A DNA stretch of 64,000 nt from Minisyncoccota bacterium (GTDB lineage Bacteria > Patescibacteriota > Minisyncoccia > Phycocordibacterales > CSBR16-119). Shown here piece by piece: positions 42,481 to 50,207 of the stretch (the stretch's first letter is position 1; each line of letters starts with the position of its first letter). The position numbers were made by a program, and so were the translations under genes. The notes under the pieces are model-generated. The model saw only the letters and a program-made list of their open reading frames with translations. It ran no database searches and was not told the origin of the DNA. The DNA lies in contig JAWKSM010000001.1 in the NCBI GenBank assembly GCA_041389065.1, forward strand, positions 9,461 through 73,460. The letters run 5' to 3'.

Positions 42481-43539
42481 ATGAAAATACAAAACCTAGA
42501 AATAAACAAAAAAGACAAGTCTATAATCGAAATCAAAGGAGAAGTTGATACTTCTGATTTTGAGGCTTCTCGAGAAGAAGCAATAGAAAAACTTTCTTCG
42601 CATGTTGAAGTTGATGGCTTCCGAAAAGGAAAAGTTCCAAAAGAAATGGCAATCAAAAAATTGGGAGATCAGATTATCCTTGAAGAAATGGCGCAAATAA
42701 CTCTTTCAAAGGCATATCCGCAAATTGTTACAGAAAACAAAATTGACGCTATTGGATATCCGCAAATCAGTATCACAAAATTAGCAAAAGGAAATCCTCT
42801 TGGTTTTACTATTTTAACTGCAGTTATTCCAGAAATTAATCTTCCTGACTACAAAAATCTTGCAAAAGATTTGAACAAAAATTCTGAAACTGCAGAAGTT
42901 AAAGACGAAGAATACGAAGGATTTATAAAACAAATTAAAAGAGCAAAAGCTCACGATGATTTTCACAAAGCAAATCCTGATGTAAAAGGACACGATCATC
43001 CGGAAACAAAAGACGAAGATTTGCCAGAGCTTGATTTGGAATATTTGAAAACTCTTGGAAACTTTGAAGACATGGCAGACTTTGAGAAAAAAGTTAGAGC
43101 CGATATTTTAAAAGATAAAGAATTTAGATTGAAAGAAAAAAATCGACTAGCTTTGATTGAGAAAATCGAACAAGAAACAAAAATTGATGTTCCAGAAATT
43201 TTGATAAATAGTGAAATTGAGAAAATTGTTGCCCGAATGAAAAGTGATGTCGAAAGAATGGGATTGAAATACGAAGATTATCTAAAAAGTCTTGGGAAAA
43301 ATGAAGAAGAGATGCGAAAAGATTTCAGAGGTGACGCAGAAAAAAGAGCAAAGATTCAAATGATTGTTGGAGAAATTGCAGTTAAAGAAAATATCAAGCC
43401 AGACGCAGAAAAAGTAAAAGAAGAGATTAAAAAAGTAATGGATGCTTATAAAGATGCTGATGAAAACAGCGTTAGGATGTATGTAGAAAGTGTGCTGATA
43501 AATGAAGAGGTGTTTTTGTTTTTGGAGAATCAAAAATAG
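42481..43539 (+). CDS. tig: Trigger factor lacking the FKBP/PPIase domain
   Basis: 352 aa. Has the N-terminal ribosome-binding domain with the GFRKGKVP signature and a C-terminal arm domain. The stretch where the ~90-aa PPIase domain normally sits is replaced by a short His/Asp-rich linker directly before LPELDLEYLK. Confidence 0.85.
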   Translation: MKIQNLEINKKDKSIIEIKGEVDTSDFEASREEAIEKLSSHVEVDGFRKGKVPKEMAIKKLGDQIILEEMAQITLSKAYPQIVTENKIDAIGYPQISITKLAKGNPLGFTILTAVIPEINLPDYKNLAKDLNKNSETAEVKDEEYEGFIKQIKRAKAHDDFHKANPDVKGHDHPETKDEDLPELDLEYLKTLGNFEDMADFEKKVRADILKDKEFRLKEKNRLALIEKIEQETKIDVPEILINSEIEKIVARMKSDVERMGLKYEDYLKSLGKNEEEMRKDFRGDAEKRAKIQMIVGEIAVKENIKPDAEKVKEEIKKVMDAYKDADENSVRMYVESVLINEEVFLFLENQK

Positions 43540-43550
43540 TTTTATATCAG

Positions 43551-43571
43551 AAAGCCCGAAAGGGCTTTTTT
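43551..43571 (+). terminator. Intrinsic terminator after tig
   Basis: AAAGCCC-gaaa-GGGCTTTTTT. Confidence 0.6.
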
Positions 43572-43642
43572 GATTTTTCTTTAAAAGTATTAATTTACTT
43601 TTTTCATAAAAATCTCCTTTTGTTTTTCCTTAAAATATCTCC

Positions 43643-43955
43643 TTACTTTTTTCATGATAAAAAAGTAACAAAAAATCTAGACCCACACTTCACACTTAAA
43701 ATACCATCTTTCTTTTCCCTTGAAGGAAAAGAAACAAAAGTTCAAGACGCAGAAAAATATATCTAAAATTTATTCAATTTTGGCTAAGAAAGTGATGAAC
43801 TCGCCCGAAAAAGAAGTGTCTATACACTTCTTTTTCGGGCTCAAACAGCATCACTTTCTAAAGCAAATTAAATAAATTTTCGGACGATATATTTTAAGCG
43901 TCAAGGGATTTTAATTAAAAAGAATAAGGGCGACCCCGGTGAGGGTCGCCCTTTT
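43643..43955 (+). repeat. TCAAACAG-loop structured element, copy 4 (full length, duplicated 5' module, own terminator)
   Basis: TTACTTTTTT..AAAAAAGTAA hairpin; CTAGACCCACAC motif; a second hairpin TTCTTTTCC..GGAAAAGAA; TTCAAGACGCAG. The long hairpin follows: AAAATTTATTCAATTTTGGCTAAGAAAGTGATG-AACTC-GCCCGAAAAAGAAGTG-TCTATA-CACTTCTTTTTCGGGC-TCAAACAG-CATCACTTTCTAAAGCAAATTAAATAAATTTT. The tail is GACGATATATTTTAAGCGTCAAGGGATTTTAATTAAAAAG. It ends in GGGCGACCC..GGGTCGCCC plus TTTT (43928-43955). Confidence 0.75.
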
Positions 43956-44099
43956 AGTTCTGCACCCATGGTGCAAGGAGCTTGGTTTACTCCTTTTTGT
44001 GGCTATGCCAAGTGTGGTTCCTTAGGTTACGGATTTTCATTCCGACCCAGGCACGTGGCGTGGTTTAGCTCATCGTTCGCCACGAGACGATGAACTTCT

Positions 44100-44609
44100 T
44101 CAACACAGCAGCGTAAGCGTCCAGCCAGGGCGCACCATCACCCACACCATCCGGTGCGAATGCAGGGCGGCCGCGGTGCTCACGTTCACATGGTTGAAGC
44201 TGTTGTCGCCGTTCATGATCATGCAGCTGCACGATCGTTCAGGCTCCAGCACCACCATGCGGCCGCTGCTCACGTTCACCAACTTGTCGAAGTTCAGGTC
44301 CAGGTTCGTACACATATTGAAGTTCTTCGTGTGGTCGCTCGAGGCGAAACCGGTGTTGCCGACCGTATGATCGGATCGGTGCACCACGGTCTCCTGGCCG
44401 CTGACTTGCGCGAATGCGCTGCAATACTTGTTGGTGATGCTGGCCAGGAAGATCCCTTGCTCGGGCATGATCTGGTCGGCCGATGCGCTGCTGTTGTCGA
44501 CTACTTCGATGTTGTCCACCTTCGGCCCCGTGTCGGGTGCCGAGAAGGCGGGTTTGACACTGAACGCCAAGCCGGCGATCAGTGCCATGATTCCAATGTG
44601 CATCTTCAT
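44100..44609 (-). CDS. Hypothetical secreted protein (169 aa) in a very GC-rich foreign segment
   Basis: Signal peptide MKMHIGIMALIAGLAFSVKPAFSA and strongly G/C-ending codons. The overlapping ORFs on both strands look like high-GC artefacts. The promoter at 44661-44688 points into it. Confidence 0.6.
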   Translation of the reverse strand: MKMHIGIMALIAGLAFSVKPAFSAPDTGPKVDNIEVVDNSSASADQIMPEQGIFLASITNKYCSAFAQVSGQETVVHRSDHTVGNTGFASSDHTKNFNMCTNLDLNFDKLVNVSSGRMVVLEPERSCSCMIMNGDNSFNHVNVSTAAALHSHRMVWVMVRPGWTLTLLC

Positions 44610-44636
44610 GGTATGAAGGGATTTGTTGCGTCGGAT

Positions 44637-44649
44637 TGTTTGAGCCCGA
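44637..44649 (-). repeat. Inverted partial copy of the element core (TCGGGCTCAAACA)
   Basis: Minus strand reads GAGTCGGGCTCAAACAATCCGAC. The 13 nt TCGGGCTCAAACA are identical to the copy 4 core at 43835-43847 but in opposite orientation, on the far side of the GC-rich segment. Confidence 0.55.
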
Positions 44650-44660
44650 CTCTGGGAGGA

Positions 44661-44688
44661 AGTATAGCATATTATAAAAACTTGTCAA
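44661..44688 (-). promoter_or_regulatory. Sigma70-like promoter, TTGACA-16-TATACT
   Basis: Minus strand reads TTGACAAGTTTTTATAATATGCTATACT. It shares TTGACAA and AATATGCTATA, at the same spacing, with the promoter at 737-764. Confidence 0.45.
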
Positions 44689-44754
44689 GCATTTTATTTT
44701 ATGGTATAGTCAAAAACGTATAAAACCATTATTTATCAACATATTTTAAATACC

Positions 44755-45345
44755 ATGTTAATACCAACAGTAATCGAAAAAACACATAACGGCGAACGAG
44801 CATACGATATTTATTCTCGCCTTCTAAAGGAGAGAATCGTCTTTCTTGGAATGGGAGTTGAAGAAAATTCATCGAGTAATGTAATTGCACAGCTTCTTTT
44901 TTTAGAGTCAGAAGATCCTAAAAAAGATATTTATCTTTATATAAACTCACCAGGAGGAAACGTAAAGGATGGTCTTGCAATAATAGACACAATGAATCAC
45001 ATAAAACCAGATGTGGCGACTGTGTGTGTCGGGATGGCAGCTTCAATGGGCGCAGTAATTCTTTCAGCTGGTGCAAAAGGTAAAAGATTTATACTGCCAA
45101 ACGCCGAGGTTATGATTCACCAACCATTAGGTGGAGTTGAAGGTCAAGCTTCTGATATTGCTATTACTGCGGAAAGAATTATAAAAACAAAAGCAAAACT
45201 TAATAGAATTTTGGCAGAAAATACTGGTCAGAAAATAGAAAAAGTTGAAAAAGATGGAGACCGAGATTATTGGATGGATGCAAAAGACGCTCTAAAATAC
45301 GGAATCGTGGACAAAATAATGGAAAAACCAAAATCTAAGAAATAA
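44755..45345 (+). CDS. clpP: ATP-dependent Clp protease proteolytic subunit
   Basis: 196 aa; [19 protein letters not shown], catalytic [11 protein letters not shown] and MIHQPLGG blocks. Confidence 0.97.
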   Translation: MLIPTVIEKTHNGERAYDIYSRLLKERIVFLGMGVEENSSSNVIAQLLFLESEDPKKDIYLYINSPGGNVKDGLAIIDTMNHIKPDVATVCVGMAASMGAVILSAGAKGKRFILPNAEVMIHQPLGGVEGQASDIAITAERIIKTKAKLNRILAENTGQKIEKVEKDGDRDYWMDAKDALKYGIVDKIMEKPKSKK

Positions 45346-45358
45346 TTAAATAAAACGC

Positions 45359-45388
45359 GGCGGGGCGCTTCGCGCCCCGCCTCTTTTT
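45359..45388. terminator. Bidirectional terminator between clpP and the T4SS-like operon
   Basis: GGCGGGGCGC-ttc-GCGCCCCGCC with flanking A/T runs, between convergent genes. Confidence 0.6.
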
Positions 45389-45393
45389 ATTCC

Positions 45394-46986
45394 CTACAAC
45401 TTGCTCAAATCAATCCCGTAAAGATTTAAGTCGTGTTTGTTAGTAAATATAAAGTAATCTTCTTTTTGATTTACCATTGGATTTGTCATGTCTAACTGAT
45501 TTGCGGTCTTTGCAGTATCTAAAATAATTTTTGCAGTATTTGTTGTTGCGTCAACTTTCCAAAGCATGTCTCTAAACAAAGTTTCTCCTTTGTACCAATC
45601 ATCAGGGAAAAGAGAGAGCGGCATCGCGCCCGGGGCGCCACAATAAATTGTTTTACTATCTGTTGTCCAAACACATTTTTCTGGAAGAGTTGTTGGAGAA
45701 AAATCTGATATCTTCCCTGTTGCAATATTTAGCAACAAAGTTTTAAGCGATCCGTTTTCATATGAACTATAGATAACCATTTTCCCATCAGGACTAACAT
45801 TTGTAGTGAGACCGTTTACATTTGAGATTATATTTCTCATGCTGTTGTTCTTTATATCCAAAATATACGAATTGCCAGGATATTTACCCGACGCCCTCGT
45901 TGTCAAAGAAACTGTATTTTCGTTTATCCATTGTGGAATAAAATCTGAAAACTTAGAATTCCAAACTTTTTTTGTTTGCTTTGTTTTAAAATCATAAACA
46001 TAACCAGCCGATCCAGAAGATTCTTTTGTTAGATAGAAAACTTTTTGACCACTTAAAAGCGGCGAAACAAAAGAAATTTTGTTATTCAAAAGCGTTGTTT
46101 CTATGGTCGAATAACTTCGAGCTGTTTCAGTTTCGATGGCTGGTTTTTTGATTGAAGCTACAATATTTTCAACAACTCCATCTTTTAAATATCTCATCAG
46201 AACAGAACTTTTTGAATTATCAAAATATGCTTCATAAACTCTTGCAACCTGAGAACTAGTAATCCTTGTAAGAGGCTCACTAATTTTTGTTGTTTTGTCA
46301 TAAATATATCCATTTGCGCGATCAACAAACCGAACAAATTCTACAGTTTCTTTTTCTGGAGCTTTTGTTGTTTTTGGTGCAATACCCTGAAACTCATTTA
46401 ATTTTCTGTATGTTCCGCTTCCAACAACCCCATCCGGAGTAAGTCCATTTTTTTCTTGAAATTCGATAACAGCATTTTTAAGATTTGTATCAAAGGCGTT
46501 GTCTATTGTGAGCGAAGGTGAAGGAGTTTGTCTATTCAAAACTGTTTTTATGTCAGCAACTTCTTTTCTATCGTCGCCAAATTTAAGTGAAGGATATCCT
46601 GTAAAATCATAACCCTCTACAAGATTTGCGGAAACTTCTTCCGGAAGTTTTATCTCACGTTCAACATACATAAAAGTTGCGCCGGCAACAGGTTCTTCAC
46701 TTATCTTTTTCAAAGTTGAAGAATCGTCATTTGATACGAAGTCGACAGCAATTGGTGTTTTTGTATTTTCTTCTTCGTTTGTTTGATTGTTCTGAGAATT
46801 TGAATTGTTTCCCCCGCTTCCACCGATTGAAGTGTCGTCAGAATCTATTCCAAACGGGTTTTCAATATTTGTTTGAATTTGAGTCGCATCTTTTTTATTT
46901 TTCGCCCGCACAAGAATAACGCCAAGAATAACCAAGCCGATAGCAAGAACTGATACAAGTAAAATTTTAAAAAGTTTTTGTGACAT
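45394..46986 (-). CDS. Membrane-anchored protein with a peptidoglycan-binding domain and a probable beta-propeller C-terminal region
   Basis: Start taken at the ATG at 46986 (MSQKLFKILLVSVLAIGLVILGVILV). Contains a PG_binding_1-like block (LKNAVIEFQEKNGLTPDGVVGSGTYRKL). The C-terminal 300 aa have repeated TolB-like strand patterns. It is the last gene of the operon. Confidence 0.7.
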   Translation of the reverse strand: MSQKLFKILLVSVLAIGLVILGVILVRAKNKKDATQIQTNIENPFGIDSDDTSIGGSGGNNSNSQNNQTNEEENTKTPIAVDFVSNDDSSTLKKISEEPVAGATFMYVEREIKLPEEVSANLVEGYDFTGYPSLKFGDDRKEVADIKTVLNRQTPSPSLTIDNAFDTNLKNAVIEFQEKNGLTPDGVVGSGTYRKLNEFQGIAPKTTKAPEKETVEFVRFVDRANGYIYDKTTKISEPLTRITSSQVARVYEAYFDNSKSSVLMRYLKDGVVENIVASIKKPAIETETARSYSTIETTLLNNKISFVSPLLSGQKVFYLTKESSGSAGYVYDFKTKQTKKVWNSKFSDFIPQWINENTVSLTTRASGKYPGNSYILDIKNNSMRNIISNVNGLTTNVSPDGKMVIYSSYENGSLKTLLLNIATGKISDFSPTTLPEKCVWTTDSKTIYCGAPGAMPLSLFPDDWYKGETLFRDMLWKVDATTNTAKIILDTAKTANQLDMTNPMVNQKEDYFIFTNKHDLNLYGIDLSKL

Positions 46987-46994
46987 GGTTTTAA

Positions 46995-48542
46995 TTATTG
47001 AAAGGTAATGTGCCAATGCTGATTTGTAGTATTACTTGTAGCCCCAGATGGTTCAGCATAAAATCTACCAACTCCTGAAATATTTATTGTGGCACCTCTG
47101 GGGAAATTAGGACTTTCATTTGGTCCACCAGGCAAAGATGTAAGATAAGAATTTAAAGATTGTGTCGCCCGCATATCTACAATTTTTTTATTTGGACCAT
47201 GAGTTGTGTGTAACCACGCCTCACTTCCACCGGTTATAACTATCTCACAATTACATGAATTTTTGAAGTTTATTATTTGAGAAATAAGATCAGAGGCAGG
47301 ACCTTCGAAATAAACAGAAGTACAACCAGAACCACCGGCGGTTGGAGAACAATCGTTTGATGTATTTACTGTAATGCCTGCTGCAGCCAACTGACTTCTT
47401 TGAGCAGAGTCACTTGGCCAAGGCATTCCTTGAAGTATTGGCTGGCCACCAAGACTTGCTGTTGGAGCAATATTTGTTCCTGGCGTAGCATTACCATTAT
47501 TCCACTCTTTTGTTGGTCCATCTAGAGAAACTGCTGGTATAGTCAAATTCAAATCCTCAGCAAGATTTGGGTTTATTGTATTTAATATGACCCAAGCACC
47601 CAGAGCTAAAACAAGTCCAATAATCGCGTTTATTATATATTCCTTACCCTTCCCCTTTCCTCCAAAAGACTCAGATGTAACGTAAGTTATACCACCAACA
47701 ACAATCATTATTAAAGCCAAAATTCCAGCGATTACAATAAGCAAGGTAAAAAGTGATTCAAACCATTGACCCAAATTTGGGTTTCCTGTAAATCCTGGAA
47801 GCGGAGCAAGCGGCTCGGTGGAATAATCGTCGGAGATTACACTTGTTGGTGTACCAGTAACGCCAGTAGGGTGGGTTGTAATATCAATAGTTTCTGTGTT
47901 TGTCGAACAAATATTAGGTGCGCCATAGTCTAAAACATTTGGCGCAACACCAGCACCCTGAGGACAACCAAGTCTCCAATCTTCATCGCAAAAATAGTCA
48001 CACTCATAATCAATATTTAATCCAGATGAATCAATAGCAAAAATTTGTGGGCTGCCAGTAGCACTTGTGTTATATATTTTTAATGAAAGCTGGCAATCAT
48101 CAACTCCCGCCAACCACTCACAAGAACCAAGATTACCCTCTTCTCCAACAATAAGGGGAATTGTAAAATTACTGTTTGTTGTTTCAAAATTTACGAAACC
48201 ACCTTGAGTAGATGTTGAACCAGCCTGCTTAATTCTCACACGGAAATTTTGTATATCATATATTTCAATCCCTGGTGCCCCTAAATTACCTATAAGATCT
48301 AGGTCTAGGTTTTGAATTACAAAATTTAGAACATTTCCTGCCTGAGTATCACAGTTTTGTGTTTGGACATCAAAATAAATATATGGAGGAGTCTCGTCAC
48401 TATATTCGTTTATAGTAAACCATCCCGGCGGTCTTGCGTTAAATGATGATATTTCGCAAGCTTCTGCGCTAACTCCAGAAAATACAAAAAAGCCGAGAGA
48501 TAGCGTGAAAACAAAAATTATTTTTTTAAAAAAATTATTCAT
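46995..48542 (-). CDS. Secreted protein with an internal T4SS_pilin-like two-helix module and a C-terminal putative cell-wall hydrolase-like domain
   Basis: 515 aa; signal peptide. The two-TM hairpin LFTLLIVIAGILALIMIVVGGITYVTSESFGGKGKGKEYIINAIIGLVLALGAWVI matches the CPR T4SS pilin pattern (GG..Y.TS.G...K.....I.GL). The C-terminal GGSEAWLHTTHGPNKKIVDMR is reminiscent of LAS/VanY-type H..H..D motifs, but this is a weak call. Confidence 0.65.
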   Translation of the reverse strand: MNNFFKKIIFVFTLSLGFFVFSGVSAEACEISSFNARPPGWFTINEYSDETPPYIYFDVQTQNCDTQAGNVLNFVIQNLDLDLIGNLGAPGIEIYDIQNFRVRIKQAGSTSTQGGFVNFETTNSNFTIPLIVGEEGNLGSCEWLAGVDDCQLSLKIYNTSATGSPQIFAIDSSGLNIDYECDYFCDEDWRLGCPQGAGVAPNVLDYGAPNICSTNTETIDITTHPTGVTGTPTSVISDDYSTEPLAPLPGFTGNPNLGQWFESLFTLLIVIAGILALIMIVVGGITYVTSESFGGKGKGKEYIINAIIGLVLALGAWVILNTINPNLAEDLNLTIPAVSLDGPTKEWNNGNATPGTNIAPTASLGGQPILQGMPWPSDSAQRSQLAAAGITVNTSNDCSPTAGGSGCTSVYFEGPASDLISQIINFKNSCNCEIVITGGSEAWLHTTHGPNKKIVDMRATQSLNSYLTSLPGGPNESPNFPRGATINISGVGRFYAEPSGATSNTTNQHWHITFQ

Positions 48543-49503
48543 TGCTTAAAAAATTTAATCGAAGAGTTCTTCCGTTTTTTTGTAAAAGCTGTGCTGAGTT
48601 GTCTGTACCAAAACCAAGATCAATACTATTTACGTTGTTTGCAATTGAAAGAATTATACTATTTTTTGTTTCTGTTGGTGTTACTCGACGATTAATCCTC
48701 CATTCTGTTTTCAAAGAAGGGTCATTTAAATTATTAGTGAAAATAAAATATGGCTCAGCAACAATATTTAAAGTTTTTTTAGAAAATGTTTGATTGTCTT
48801 TTATTGCTTTGTTGTAAAGTGGTCCATACGCAAGACTATTTTCATAGAAATGAAGTTCTGATGAAGCCGGCGCAATAGAAGCGCTTTTTGCAAGAGATCT
48901 TGAAAAACCTGTAGCAGAAACTTCAACCCTATTTTCTTTATCCAAAACCGAAGGTGAATAAACAAAACTATTTACTCCATAACCAGATTGACCAGGCGCA
49001 TTTGATCCATCTTTTCGCCAAGCATAGACAAAAAGGCTTGGATCTAGAACATAACCTCTTTCATTTTTAATTTGAGGAATTGCGACAACTCTGATACTTG
49101 AACCCTTTATTGGGGTAATTTTTCCTTTATAAAATGGTGGTTCATAAGCCCCAACAACCTCCCACAAAACGTCGACAGAAGAAGGATTTATTCTTATAGT
49201 TTGCCCTACTACTTGATTGTTTACTTTTACAGACACTCTAATAGTGTTGCCATTTTCACCGATTAAAAAATTATAGCTTTTCATCCCAACACCTTTTCTG
49301 TCGAATTTTCCATCTTTATACCAAGAAACTTCAGCATTGTTTATATCAATATCAAAAGAAGAAACTGTAACCGAAACATTGTCGCCGGTAGCAGGATAAA
49401 GAGAGGAAGCTCGAAGCTCAATAGACTCAGCGTGAGAAAAATTTGGTACAACTAAAAAAAGAAAAGTGACAAAAATAAATTTCTTTAACAAAGATGTACT
49501 CAT
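48535..49503 (-). CDS. Hypothetical secreted protein (322 aa)
   Basis: Signal peptide FIFVTFLFLVVPNFSHAE. It overlaps the downstream gene by 8 nt, which suggests translational coupling. Confidence 0.65.
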   Translation of the reverse strand: MSTSLLKKFIFVTFLFLVVPNFSHAESIELRASSLYPATGDNVSVTVSSFDIDINNAEVSWYKDGKFDRKGVGMKSYNFLIGENGNTIRVSVKVNNQVVGQTIRINPSSVDVLWEVVGAYEPPFYKGKITPIKGSSIRVVAIPQIKNERGYVLDPSLFVYAWRKDGSNAPGQSGYGVNSFVYSPSVLDKENRVEVSATGFSRSLAKSASIAPASSELHFYENSLAYGPLYNKAIKDNQTFSKKTLNIVAEPYFIFTNNLNDPSLKTEWRINRRVTPTETKNSIILSIANNVNSIDLGFGTDNSAQLLQKNGRTLRLNFLSNE

Positions 49504-49509
49504 AATATT

Positions 49510-49734
49510 TTATGAATTTAATTCTTCTTCAACTTCTTTTTCAATATTCGATATTTCTCCTGAAATTGCTTCAACTTTTCCCAACTGCTTCTCAATCTTG
49601 TCTTTCGATTCTTCAAGTTCTTTTATCAGACCAATACCTTTTGCAATATCTTCTTTAACATGCTTTAAATCATCTAATTCTTTTTGAACTTCTTTCTTTT
49701 TCAGACCAAGTTTTTCTTGAATTTTTACAAGCAT
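49510..49734 (-). CDS. Small coiled-coil protein (74 aa)
   Basis: K/E-rich heptad-like sequence in an operon position. Confidence 0.5.
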   Translation of the reverse strand: MLVKIQEKLGLKKKEVQKELDDLKHVKEDIAKGIGLIKELEESKDKIEKQLGKVEAISGEISNIEKEVEEELNS

Positions 49735-49760
49735 TCCTCGAAGACCTGTAACTTTTTCAT

Positions 49761-50165
49761 TTAAAGATGTTGTTTTTGGTTCGTCTTTTGTCCAACTGTT
49801 TGATTAAATTCTTGTTCTAGGTCAGACACGCTTGCTGAAGGTTCCTCTTTTTTAGGTTCTGGTGCTTTAGACTGGTCGGTTTTTGGAGCTTGTGAATTTT
49901 GACCTATAGAAGCATCAGAATTATTTTTATCCATTTGCTCTTTTAGTAAATTCAAATCTTCTTTGTTTTCATTTGAAACAAAATTTAAACCTATTTTTTT
50001 AAGGTCTGGATCGTCACCGACCGGTGGCGCACTATCAATATCTACAAATGTTTCCCCTTTTTCCTCTGAAGACAAATCTACTCCGGCGTTATGAAGAGTA
50101 TCTTTTTCACCTCCAGTAATATTCGTTTCTTCTGTTGTTTTTTTATCTGTATCCATTGCTAACAT
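49761..50165 (-). CDS. Acidic, probably disordered protein (134 aa)
   Basis: Low-complexity D/E/K/T-rich ORF directly downstream of VirB4. Confidence 0.5.
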   Translation of the reverse strand: MLAMDTDKKTTEETNITGGEKDTLHNAGVDLSSEEKGETFVDIDSAPPVGDDPDLKKIGLNFVSNENKEDLNLLKEQMDKNNSDASIGQNSQAPKTDQSKAPEPKKEEPSASVSDLEQEFNQTVGQKTNQKQHL

Positions 50166-50207
50166 TATAGCAAGAGATTTCGAAAAAGCGTCTAAATATT
50201 GTGAATT

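Noticed and set aside
43990-44030. Similarity between GGCTATGCC..CCTTAGGTTAC here and GGCATAGCCTTAGGGTTCAC in the rpsS leader (15574-15593).
   Set aside because: The match consists of only a 9-mer (in opposite orientation) plus a loose second block. It is too weak to claim homology without an alignment statistic.
44154-44723. 189-aa plus-strand ORF and 149-aa minus-strand ORF (44239-44688) overlapping the 169-aa gene.
   Set aside because: Long overlapping ORFs are expected in high-GC DNA. Their translations are His/Ala/Arg-rich nonsense-like strings. Only the 169-aa frame has a signal peptide, G/C-ending codons and a promoter.
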